DNA from: Podarcis liolepis
Lineage: Eukaryota
Assembly (NCBI GenBank): GCA_965112155.1
Contig: OZ218114.1
DNA length: 64,000 nt
Strand: one strand, 5' to 3'
Under the pieces are notes generated by a model. The model had not been told where the DNA came from. It searched no databases and worked only from the letters and a program-made list of their open reading frames with translations. A program made the translations under genes and the position numbers. Positions within the stretch are counted from its first letter, which is position 1. Each line of letters starts with the position of its first letter. Below, piece after piece: positions 1 to 12,900 of the stretch.

Positions 1-3000
1 AGCAGAAATTCACATAGTATTTCATATTTAGTACAAAAACAAAATCAGTGTAGTTTGAATTATTACATACACCTTATTTTAACTGTGATTAATGTCTCAT
101 ACATAAAGTAATTTATAACCACACTGTTAGGACTTGAGAATAAGCTCTCCTTAGGGAAACTCACCCCACTTAAATACAGCTCAGCTTATCTACAGTGTGG
201 GCAGCTTGTTGTTTTTGGTTGTTATTATTGCACATATTTTTGAGTTTTTCTGTTGTAAACAGCCCTGTGATCTTTGGATGAAGGGAAGTATAGAAATTTA
301 ATTAATAATAATGATGATTAAAAAACACACTCTAGTTTTGGGCTTGCAAAACCCCAATTCTCAGGCAATGGTGTGGAAGGAGTTATAAAGAAATGCAGTA
401 ATGAGTTCACAGGTACATTTCAAATGCAAATGAATGTGTGAATGTGCAACTGAAAATACTACATGGATCAGTGGACAATCTTGCTTCAGTGCCTGAGCTG
501 AATGACCTCTGAAAAACTGTAGAAATGGTTACCAACAACATATACAAGCATGGCACAAAATCTTTGTGGCAGCATGGAGACTACAAAATTGGACAAAGAT
601 GTATTCTCAGCAGCCCCTTCAACAGAATAAATCCTTCTTCTGGCAGGATTCACCCAAGCTGCAGGATCTTTCAGAATCACTGTCATTTGTTATGATGTTT
701 AAATATTAAGAACCTACTGGGTTGTGGGGTGTGTGTTAATTTGTATTTTGCGTTTCTACTTTTTCCATTTATTCCTATATGCCTACTTTTTTCCATTATA
801 TGCCCCAAGCATTTGAGAAGGTGCAGAGCAGAAGACTGAAGAAAAAGGAATGATTCTTGATTGCTTGAATGTTCTGTGTTTGTATTAAGTTGCTTCTTCT
901 CCAGTGGACATCTATTTTGATTGCTGTGTGGCCCTTGCTATTACGATATACCATATCATCTGGAATGATCTCAAACTGCTATATTAAATAATACATTTTG
1001 TTTTAAGGAGCACGCAGGATCCTGATTCAGTGCAGGACTTGATCTAGAAATGGATCTTCAGGTCTCTTATAATCTTACAAATCTACTATGAAATCTTCTT
1101 GATCTAAGATCTCCATGAGAACCGATACAGCATGTTGGAGAGATCAACTTCCCCGTAGCAGTATAATCACAGCAAATTTAGTTGCATACCCACAGCAAAT
1201 TAAGAAGACTTCACTCACTGAATTTAGACAACTATCTGGTCCTATATAGAGACCTATATCTTCCCATATATATGTGAAGTGCTACAACTAATAATAAATG
1301 ACTTAAGTGACCATGTAACCAGAGTTTAAAGCTCCAACCCTGCATCAAGCTGCTTAAAGCTTCTATTTTCTTTGTTTAAGACGAAAACAGGCATTCAGGA
1401 AAAGTGAATGTCAACACTCTTTTGAAGAGGAATTAAACCCACACTTCCTTTGTTTACCCAACAGATAACTAACCTGTGAAAATGTCACAAAGTATCATTA
1501 AGATTAGCAATGCTTTTAAAGAAGGGTGAAAGACCGATGAATCATTGAAACATAAAAACTTACTAGAAACAGAAGCTAGTAGAATTTTTATCCTTCCTAG
1601 ACACCTCAGCTGCCATGCAAGTGTATAAAGGTACATTAAGCTACATAGTCCTATTAAAAACAATATGGAGTCAGATATTGTCAATAGTCAGGCAAGGCAC
1701 TGACTGTCTCTGGGAGCTCAAGTAGAGATATTTTCCAGTCCTGCTACTATTGTGCTACTAAAGAACATTTTAGTTAAACTAAAATCTGGGGGCATCCTCA
1801 TCTCTCACCCATACACCACTCTCCTTTTTGCTCACTCATTCAGAAAGCAGGAATTCTTCTTATCCCACCCCAGCCATGCTAAGACACCGCAAGAGATTTT
1901 GAGATTGCAGGTACATCTGTCTTGCAAGTCAAGGGTATTCATCGATAATCACAACAGCTCACCCTCTTCATCATGCATACAACCATGCAGCAGCATTGAC
2001 TTCAAAGTGGTTACAAGCCAAGGAGGGACTCAGAAGGCAAACACAACCATTTCTTCTTGTAACTTTGGAAGCAGCTCCTGGCTACAAGGAAAACAAATCC
2101 TGATTGAGCAAAAAGCTTAATTATTTATAAATGTTTGGCACAACAGTTTCTTCTGCTACAGCCCGGTATTTCCTGAAGTGGGAAAAGGATATGTCTATGT
2201 TTTCTATAATGTTTAAGAATCAAACTCAAAGAAGATGTGGTGTCTTCAGAACATTTCTCCAAGAGCCCATCTAGCTTGAAACAGTACAAAATAACTAGCT
2301 GATGGCAGAAACTTCAAATCAGGTTAACTCCAAAGGAGGTGACCACAAGTTTAAGCTACAATTTAGAAAGCTGATTAAGTACAAAGGAGAAGTTCAGGTT
2401 GGGGAGGCACTACAAAACTGAAATCCACTTTAAAAAGTGGTGATCAGCAAGGATCAAAATTGCTGAAAAAGAAGAACATATAGTGACTTGGCAATCATGT
2501 CTGATCTGTCCAAATGCATTTGAGTTGTATTTCAATTGTTCTTTATTTCAATTTAATAAAAAGGAAGATCTTCCTTTTCCTTGCATTTATTTGTGGCCAA
2601 GAGCACAATGAAACTCCAGAATAGAGACCACATTTTTAAAAGTGTGGAAATACCTGCAATTTTCCTGTAAACTTGGTTCCAGATTCACAGTGCTAATCCA
2701 TCTTGCTGCTACTCCCTTATTCTCTCCATGCTATGGATATCTGCTAGCAATATAACCTTTCCAAACAATGATGAAATAAATTTGAAGGTCTGCAAGCTAT
2801 ACAGTTCCAAGAAATTTAGTTTTCAGTAAGTCAACCAAGTTACTTCCCTAACTTTCACTTATTTCCTCTAATTCTGAAACATGAGAAGGGAGGGGAAAAC
2901 TGCATACATTCTGCTGTGGTTCTAGTCTTCACTGTCAAATCCTTTTTACAGAACACTTTGTCACCAACACTTATAGTTGCGGATTGTTAATGCTACATTT

Positions 3001-6000
3001 CAAAAGTTCATAGTGTTTTGGTCCACTTCTGATTTCTTTTGAGAATGATTTTAAGATATCCTTGAATATAATAATTTTTCAGCCTTAATAAAGCAGCAAA
3101 AGTTAGGAAGCAAAACTTATGCCAGTTATGAGAAACACAGTAGAAGATGCTTGAACCATAGCAGTCTAGTCTACCCAATCTAAATACAATTCACCACTGT
3201 TAATACTTCTTTTGAATATGCATTCTAAATCTTTGCTCACAGAAGTTTATCAACATGATTATCATAGGAGTTTTGCCCAAATCTATTTCTTTCTCTTGTT
3301 TTAAGTTCCTCTCTCTTGTAGAGGCAAACCAAAGCATATTGCTTCTGAATCTTTGCAACCCTAATTGCCACACACCTCTGTGCCATAACCAATATGTGCC
3401 TCTTTCTAGAGATGCTGTGACAGCTGCAAATGGTAACATACAGATAGGAAGAAAAAACTGCAACCCACTGTAAAACATTAAAGTAGTGACCACCATCCAT
3501 CAAGATACTGGGTAGATGAAACCAACACTGATTTATCAGGCAATTTCTATGTTCTTAATAATAATACAGTATGCACTAAATACTTGAAACAAAAACACTA
3601 TCTCAAAGGGGCTTCCTGCATTGCGGAAAGCAGAACTGGGAGTGGGGAGATGAAGTGGAGCCATGCATGGTTTTGTACAATCCTCTCTCACCAATCCAGC
3701 TGTGCCAGCAGAGCTCATGAATCCCTCAAGTTGCTTACCATACTTTTCCATGTATAAGACACCCCTGTGTATATCAGGTTGTCAAGAAAAGTCATGAGAC
3801 AAGGTGATCAAGTTCCATTTTAGCAGAATTTTAAAGTATGGAATTATAAAAAGGAAAGCTGAAGAAAATAATTTCAAAAAACTACCACCAGGATGGCATA
3901 GCATTGTAATCTCTTGACTTAACATCAGAAACAGAGGTGAATTTCTTATTTGAAATTTGAACAAGGTGCATGGCTGTCAGCATGAAGGAATGCCATTTGA
4001 ATTTATGATCCCCTTTAGCAACAGAAAGCTTCTTTACAAACATCTATTTTTGCACATTTTACGCTCTGAGCCTTGTTGTGTCCAACAACTACAACTACAG
4101 AAGCCAAAATTGGTTCTTTCCGTTCATACATCAATCTCTGGCTACTCATGCATCCTTGCTGTATTTGACACTTTCTGTGCAATGTCCTGTAGGTTACTGC
4201 CAAATCCAATCTTATTATTGACAGATATTAAATATAGTGCCAGGTATTTACATAAAAATTGCAAGTGCTCAGAGAGGTGTTTTTATTAATGGATCTTGCA
4301 GTCTCCAAATAAAGTTATTTACAATGTAACATTTTTCATTATTTTCAGCAAACGTTGAAACCTCCCCTAACAACATTACATTGGTACACTAGACTAAAAA
4401 ATGGGTCAAAAATCAAGCAGGGAATAATTTGTACAAAATTACCTAGCAGTCACTACAATGTAATATGGAAAGTGCAACCCAAAGTGAATGAATTAAGTGA
4501 ATAAAGCATTATGTATTAAAGGCATTAAAAACTCGCTTTCATCTGTTTCTACCTACACAACATAATGCTGTAATTAACTTTACTTTAAAAATGTAAGTAG
4601 TTTCTCAACTGTTTGGGTCCTTCAGAAAACATAAGCTAAAATGCTAGGAACACAAACAACTATAAAGATGCATAAAACCAGCCAAGGTACTAGCCTCTAT
4701 TAGGAACAAACTTTTCAGTTGCTTAAATAAAATCTAGCACGTTTTAGATACTTTAATAAAATCCCACAAAAACTACTTCAGTCATTCATTTAATACTTAA
4801 CCAAGCTACCTATTTATCCAATAAACTGTAATTACGTGTACCCTCTGCTTTTCCCCCTTGAGACTTGCATCTTCTTTAATGTGTAGTTTGCATTCAAAAA
4901 GATTCTCATGGCCTTAATTTAGTACACAGACAGAATGATTCATATGATTGGGAGGTAAAATAGAACCATCCTTCTTTAAACTGACTCCAGGTCAAGGGAA
5001 CTAAGTTTTGTGATCTTTCCAAAATAGATGGGAGCTTAGCACTCTGAGGTTTGACTTTTGTGATTTCCAAAAAGATAAATAGCAAACCCAGCGTCCAGAA
5101 TTGCTATCATACTCATCCAAGGTATAACTACCGAAGAGTTGAGACAACTAAATGGGCAGCATGTACCACCTCCCCACTTCCAAGATGCAGTCATGGAATG
5201 AGCCAAGGGCATGCTGCCAGGGATGTCTGCATGAAAAATGGACTAAGAGCAAAAGCAGTAAAGTTTGACAAGGTATCCCAGCATGTTTTGCCTTGAGAGT
5301 TCTTCTGAGAAGTAGAAAAATAAACTCTCATTCATTCTTCTGGTTGCAGAAAAACTGACAGGTGCCAACATTATGCCAGGCCTGGGCTAGCTTCTTAACC
5401 TCTTTTGCTGCTGGAATGAAAAAAAGGGACAAAGGAAGTTACGCTTCCCCATCACATTCCCAGTTACTGGAAAGGAAATGACTGTGGTTGAGGCTACAAG
5501 GACAATAGCAGAGTTCAGTTATACCACTGAAGATCAAAATCAGCTGAGAGAAAGGGACAAGATACCCTGCTAGGAAATCTTCCTGAGTGCCAGGAATCAT
5601 TCTGATCAGTTTGCTTAGGCACACGACTGACCTTGTTACCTCATTGTGCTCAGGAACTCCCTTCTTTTTAAAAAAGCCATTTTTTCATACCATATCCTAC
5701 ATACTACTCCCCCTTGTTTTAAATTACAACAGCCTTTCTCTGCTACAACCCCCCCAACTCACTTCTCAAGTAAACGTCTATGTCCCCATTCTTCCTCCCC
5801 ATATTTATGCCTACAATTATAATAAAACTGCCTTTGCTTTAGGTGCAGCCTCCCTTCCAATCCCAAATTTCATTAAGGGAAAATATAATCATGTTCACCA
5901 TGTGATGCCTAAATACCAGTTCCTGCTTCCCAATGGCCTTATTAGACCCTTTCCCCCAACTCCAGTCATTGAAGCCACTGCCCAGTTGCAAATAACCACC

Positions 6001-8759
6001 TCAAAATTAGCACAGCCATGTCCTTCTGAGACAGAGTCCCTTTTAGACGTGTCAACCATTTTCAGAATACTCCAATCCACCCTGCACAACAAGGAAGACT
6101 GCCATCTCTCTTTCTCTCTCTAATCACACTTTCTTGGGGGCTCAGATGTTGTTGAACTACAACTCCCATCACCCTAGCTAGCAAGGCCAGAGCTCAGGGA
6201 TGATGGGAGTTGTAGTCCAACACAGGCTGTGAACTGCTGCATGGGTAGGCAAACTAAGACCCGGGGGCCGGATCTGGCCCAATCACCTTCTAAATCCGGC
6301 CTGTGGATAGTCCGGGAATCAGCGTGTTTTTACATGATTAGAATGTGTGCTTTTATTTAAAATGCATTTCTGGGTTATTTGTGGGGCATAGGAATTCGTT
6401 CATTTCCCCCCAAAAATATAGCCCGGCCCCACAAGGTCTGAGGGACAGTGGACCAGCCTCCTGCTGAAAACGTTTGCTGACTCCTGCTCTAAACCCTTGA
6501 TGCCATGCTCCATTATCCTTCTTCTCTGGATACATTTTGTTTTGTTTTTACTTTGAGGAAGGACCCTCCACTTATCACCCTGTTATGAACAACCTTTATC
6601 ACCTACTTTTGAGGATCAGGTCTCCTGTGGGAGGATATTTCAGAGTGCCATGAGACATAAGCTGACTCCACCACCCTTTCCATATTGCCCAGGCTCATTT
6701 CCTGGACAAAATGATCAAGGTCCGAAGAAAGCTTGGGGGGGGGGTGACACTCCTACCACAACTTCCTCTAAAAGACCACCCATGGACACTATGTTTCAAG
6801 AACACACCAACAAGCACTTCCTTTGATATAATGCTCCATTCTCCAAGGTGAGAGGAAAGCGAAGATCATCCTCCTAGTGAAAATCTCGTTTTATCACAAA
6901 AACCTCTTTTCCAGGGTGCGGTTCTTCTTTCTGAAGGGGCAGGCCATGACAAGCAAACACCTCTTGATTTAAATGGGGGGGGGGGCTTTATAAGGAGACA
7001 CCCCTTTTGGATCACCACCACACACACCTTCTCAGAACTATGTCCTGCAGCATTAATGAAGCCAGCATCCTTCTCATGTGTGTATACCTGGAAGAAGTAC
7101 ATTTTGGAAGGGGTGTGTGGGAAGTATGCTTGTGGGGATGCACCTTCTCTAGTGAAGGCAATGTTCCTTTTAGGAAACCCAAGACTGCCTTTTATTAGGC
7201 TGGCTTTCATTTCGTTACTAAACTGCCCCCTTCCCTCGCAACATTTCTAGCATCATGTTAACGTAATACTTTCTAAAGTGGTGAGATGGGAAGGAGGGAG
7301 AACCCTGCTGCTTGCTTTTTATTATTTACTTGAAAAATGTATACACTACCTTTTAAGGTAAAGCCCTCCCAAGGCAGCTAATAAATTATAATTAATGCAG
7401 TATGAAACAAATTTTAAACTACTGTACATACAAAATGATTCAATCACAAAACTAGCAGCAGCAGCCGTTTAGAATCTCGTCACATATTTAGAAAAATGAA
7501 GACTGAAACAAAAAAAGTTTTAAAGGTATGTTAAAAGCTAACATACATATTTCTTTCACAAGCAAGCTCCAGACATATGGGGCCACCACTACAAGTGCCC
7601 CATCACTAGCTGATGGACCTTGATGACAGGCCTGTGAGCAACCTTAATGCCCAGGCAGCTAATACAGGAGCAGGCTTGGGACTAGGTTATGGCTTTAAAT
7701 GTAAAATGCAGCACTTTAGAGCCCATAAATAAGTAACCCAAGATAACTGGTATAGTATCAGTCTAGTATGCTTTGACTGCCATCCCTCCCACCCACCCCG
7801 CCATTCTTGCAGCCGCATTCTGTACTTGTCGAAGTTTCTGAGTGTCTTTAAACACAGCCCTAGGAATTGTGCATTAGTCGGGATATAGGCAAAACACGTG
7901 TAACTGTTAAGGTTTGCTTTCTCCAGGTATGGTTGCAACTGGAAGCCAGCCTAAGCTGGTAAAAAGGCACCCCTAGTCACTGGCAGGATCCAAGCTCCCA
8001 GTGACAGTACCAAGTACAAGAGAACCCCAAAACCACATACTTGATGTTTCAGGGGGAATGCGGCCCCATCCCAAACTGGCTGCATATCTCCATCCAGATC
8101 AGCAGATTTCCCACCCCACACTGCCTCTCTCTTTATCCTAATTCAGCTTCAACTAGGCCACCTGCATCCATTCCAAGATAGCCTCCCCCTAGGGCTTGCA
8201 GGTGGAGAAGAGGGGTAAGGCTGTGTGTCATCTGCATAGGAATGACATTTAGCCTGAACCTCATGATGACTTCCCCCACCAATGGTTTCTTGCAGATGTT
8301 AAAGATGACAGAGAAACAGGACACAACCTTGAGGCACCCCAAAGGGCAAGGCCATGAAGTGGAAAAGAAGCTCCCAGAGCACCCACCCAAAGACTTTAGT
8401 ACTTTTAGAAAAAGGAATGGGGGGGGGAATACCGCCTCCTTTCTCTTGTTAATATTTGTATTATGGGTCACCCCCCAAAAAGGACCCACCACAATCCTTT
8501 CCCCTTTCCCGGAATCCACATTATTATAGTTTCCCAAGGAGAAAAGACACATGGATGCAGAAAGAAAGGGGGAGAGAAAAGAGCATTTACCTTTCTTTCA
8601 TCAGCACACCTCAAGGAGAAGGGGGTGGAGAAGAAGGAAAGCAGGAGATTGATAGAAATGCTCCCCCCTCCACCCGTGGTTTGAGAGAAGGAAGAAAATA
8701 AGGCGGGACACAGCTCGATCCCCTTCAAACATAACCTCCACCAAAGGGAAAAATAGAGA

Positions 8760-9960
8760 AACGCCCCCTTGGTTGGAAGAAGAATGGGGCGCCCGCGTTC
8801 ACACGTTATCCTCACCCAACACGCGTGTTGTTCAGGGGGAAAAATCCCCTCCCCCTTCTCAACGGTGCCAGAGAAAGGTGAGGGTGGGGGGCTCGCCATG
8901 CCCACCTCCCTTCTCTCTCACCCCCCCCCCCCGCCAAGACCGCGCTCCCCTTTTCCTCTCAGGCGCCTCTCCCCACCTCGCTCCGCGTGATGCGGTGCCG
9001 GCCCAGCTTGACCACGGCGAAGTTGCCCTTGCCCAGGGTGCCCTCGATCTCGTAGAAGCCGACGCGGACGGGGCCCGACCCTCCGCGGGGCGGCTGCAAG
9101 AGCAGCGCCGCGGCAGCAGGGGGAAGCCGCCGGGGCTCGGCCATCACCATGCTGCCCGGGCGGCTCCCCGCTCCTCCTCGCCGCCACCACCTCCTCCTCC
9201 TGCCGCCGGGGCTGCTTCCCCGCTCCTTCCCCTCCGCCTCTCCCTCTCGCTCTTTCCCTCACGAAGGACTGAGCAGCCGCCACTGAAGCCCGGCGCCCTC
9301 CCAGCCACCGCCGCCGCCGCGCTCGGCTCCTCCCCCTTGGCTCCTCCCAGGCTCCGCGCGTCACGGCGCGCGTCATCGGAGAGGGTGGGGGCGCGCGTCG
9401 CCGCGGCAACCGGAGCCAACCGCGGGCGAATGTTCCAACGGCCATCTCCTCTCCCACCCGCCATCGCTCTCTATCCTCCCGCCGCGCGCGCGCGCCACTT
9501 CCCAGTTCAGGGGGCCGTTCCCGCCAATGGGAGGGGGAGGGGGAAAATCCCCATCAACCCCCGCGCGATACTTGAGGGGCTTTCCTGCCACCTCCACCCC
9601 TTTTTGCATTCCCGTTTGTGGGGCTGCGCGAGGTGTTATCGCCTCTCTCAAACTGTGCTTTAGCACCGGGCACCCCTCGCTGTGCCATAAGCATCAGGAG
9701 AAGCGGCTCTGGCTTTAAAAATGGGGGGGGGGGCAGGCGCTCTTTTTTTGACATTGATAACCTCCCCAGTTGCTTATCGAGTCGTCCTGCGAGGGACCGT
9801 TTTTCTTCGCCAGCCACGTCATTTTACCACACGTTCACAGAATGCGCGGTTTGCCTCGCGTTTTACCTCACGTTCTGTGGCTGCGCGCATTTTGCACCTG
9901 ATGCGTGTGGTCACCATCTCCCTCGCCGCTTGGCACAATGGGAGGGCAAATTTTGTGACG
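8760..9960. promoter_or_regulatory. SIK2 CpG-island promoter/5'UTR
   Basis: CpG-dense block over exon 1; two half-CRE CGTCA (9359-9363, 9371-9375), X-box-like GTCGCCGCGGCAAC (9397-9410), CCAAT near 9523. Confidence 0.8.
8977..9150 (-). CDS. SIK2: Salt-inducible kinase 2, coding exon 1 (58 codons; remaining exons not found in this window)
   Basis: MVMAEP...[33 protein letters not shown] matches the SIK2 N-terminus and kinase Gly-loop; phase-0 donor GAG|GTGGGG; lies downstream of LAYN as in human. Confidence 0.95.
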
Positions 9961-12900
9961 CGAAAGATTATAGTTTCGTTGTTCCCTTTCAATACTGAAA
10001 TGTTTGAATATGGTGAGCTTCATAACATCAGAAGAGCCTCACTGGATCAAGCTAATGGCCTGCCTGATAAATGTGCCCAATGTACTTTTATGGACACATT
10101 TTGGTGCATAACCATTCTACAGAGGGAGAAGATTCTTTCTCTTCTACTGTTTCCCTCACAGTGAGATGCTTTAGTTTGCCCTAATGAAGTTGGAAACTTT
10201 GTTTTGTCCTGATTAAGATTTTCGAGTCACCAGGAAAGCTTGTGAATGGGATTCAACTGCATATTGGCAAATTCAGATTGTACAGTGAAAGTGATTCAGT
10301 AAACAGCACACCCCGCCCCCCTCAGCCTTTTTGCAGCAAGGAAAGTGATGTTAAAACTGGAAAGTGGGACACTAATTACTAGACATTGATGCCATGTAAC
10401 CTTGCAAACAGAGGAATGGATGCCCAATAAATTGGGTTGGGTATTGTATATAATCTTGCAAACTTAGTGCAAACAAAACCGGACAAATACTCATTAGGTT
10501 GTTTGGAAGTGATCCGTCTGCTTCCATTAAATGGGAATAATAAATAATGCACACAGTGAGCTGTTTTAGGTGGGTTTTTTTTGCAAACTATGTGCTGGGT
10601 AATCCTGGGTTTCCTTGGAAACATAGATTCCTATATGAGAACTCAAAACTTGCATTTTGTGATATTTTAGTTGACTTGATAAAGGTGCTGCCCTAAGAAT
10701 GAATTTTAGGTTTCCCCCTCTTAATAAGATCACTCATGGAAGACAACCTTTCCCAATTGCTGAAGTTGTCGGGGGGGGGGGGGTAATGGTAAAGCCCAAC
10801 AGGCTGAGGACCAGTGCCCCATATACTGTGTGTGCCCTAGAACCTTCTTCACAACTCTGCAACAAAACCACAGACCAACATCCTAATCTAAAGCAAAATT
10901 GCAGACTTGAGGGAGAATAGTTACACCTTAGGAAATGCTTCCTGCATCTATATTGTATTTATACTACAACATAAATACCAACCAGTGGGGCCATGGCATT
11001 ATGGAAAAGGAGAAGGAGCAGAAGAGGGGTTGTCTGTTTGTGATGCTGAAATATATAACTCTTGTGATATCGCTGCATAGGTCAAAGAGATGATTGCCTA
11101 ACAAAACCAGTCTCCAAGGTGCCACAGTGTCTTTTATCTTCTGTCTTGATCCTATAATTCTCCCAATTTACTCCTGGCAGCCTATGGGGACTCCAAAGTT
11201 ACTTGGATGATTGCAAAACCATTCCTAATTATAAGGCAAAACTGAGCTAGCGCTGGTTTGGAAGAGATTAGGACAGTCTGGGCATGAGAGGATATTGAGT
11301 AATGGAGATATTTCTGCCTTTTAATCCAAAATAAGTAGCTAAAAAGATACTTATTTTGATCCTGCTTTGTTTTAAATCTTAATAACTGTGCAGCACTTAC
11401 TTTATTGATTTATCATACCCATAATTGTTGAACTAGATGGGAGGGTGGTAGATGAACAATGGTATGTTAGCTACTAGCCAGTGCCACCCAAACAGAAAGA
11501 GTTGAAGGGTATTTTTGAGTCTGAGTTTTTTTTTAGTTAATATGGAGAGAAGACAAATTCTAGCATAATCCTGTTTCTGGAGATAGAACTAGTATGAGCC
11601 AGAGGGCAGACTATATTTTTTGTGGATCCTACAACAATAAATTTAAGTTACTTAGTTTTAACGTGCTTTGGGATGCCTAATTATGTACAGAACCAGGCTA
11701 CAGTTTGTGTAGCTGATTTTTTAAGCCTCAGTTTCCATAGTAGAAATCATAGTGGTCTATCTTGTGTGACTGTTGTGAGGAGAAAATCTAAATAGCTAAT
11801 TACTTTCGACAGCTTTAGTTCTCATGTTTTTACCCATGTCTGACTTCAAATTCTTCTTTAATCTATCCATGGTCATTACTGCATGGTGTTAAAAGCCTAT
11901 AATTAATTTGCAAGTGTCAATTTGTTTACATATCTACAACTATGAGCCCTGGACGCTAACAGCAACAAGAAAAACCAGCTGGTCAGATAGCAGCTGGAAG
12001 TTTTATGTGGGGCAAACTTCAGGTGATGTCCACCTCTGCAACCTCCATTCAACAATGAACCCTTCTGTAAAGGGCTATTTCAGAGGGGATTTGGCACCCA
12101 AGAGTCTCTGTTTTGTACACCGTGATGACTTATGGTCTACCTCCACAGGTGGAAGCAGTATGCCTATGAAAGTCAGTTATGGGGAAAGCGCTGTTGTACT
12201 GAGGTCCTTCTTGCGGGCTTCCCATAGATATATAGTTGGCCACTGAGAACACAATGCTAAGCCACAAGTCTGATCCAGCAAGCTGTTCTTACACCATATG
12301 GATATATGATTATACAGTATAAAAATCTGAATAAATTATAAATTTAGTGTGACATTCCAAGGCATCACAAAGCTGAGCAGGTGAAAGGATTTATGGATCT
12401 AGTTGTAAAATAAGTCCCTCTACAAATTTTAAGCTGAACAGTGCCCTGTTTTTTTGTTTTGCTCTTCTCCTTGCCGTCTGGGTACTCCTTCCACCCTTGG
12501 TTCAGTGCTCCCAGTTTTGGCAATTCTTGTGACCTGTGATATTTGCCAGAGCTTCTGGCTTCTCTGCTTAACTTCAAGTTTCCCTGATGATTAAACTGAC
12601 AACTGTTTTAACCCCAGCAAAAGATGTGCTCCCAAGCTAGTCTGCTGCTGAATACAGTCAAATTAACCACTTTCTGGACTCTGGTGCTCAGTAGCCATCC
12701 AGTCCAAAGGTTTGGAAGCAAGTATTGTGCCACATCCAGTTCTGGTGTGTTAGTTGTACTATACAATTGGCCTAATGACAGATTCCAAACCACCACTGTC
12801 TCCCATGGATTGCCAAGACTTTACCAGAATAGCCCCTCTTTGGTTTTCTTCTCAGGGTTGAAAAACGCAAGACAAAAAAAATGCACATACTGTACAGGTA

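Noticed and set aside
1-8700. SIK2 exon 2 and other ORFs in intron 1
   Set aside because: No VAIKIIDK-like exon found; the ORFs look like chance frames or decayed LINE remnants that I cannot classify.
8468-9998. Multiple long ORFs (up to 296 aa) over the SIK2 island
   Set aside because: Stop-poor GC-rich sequence; only 8977-9150 matches a known protein.
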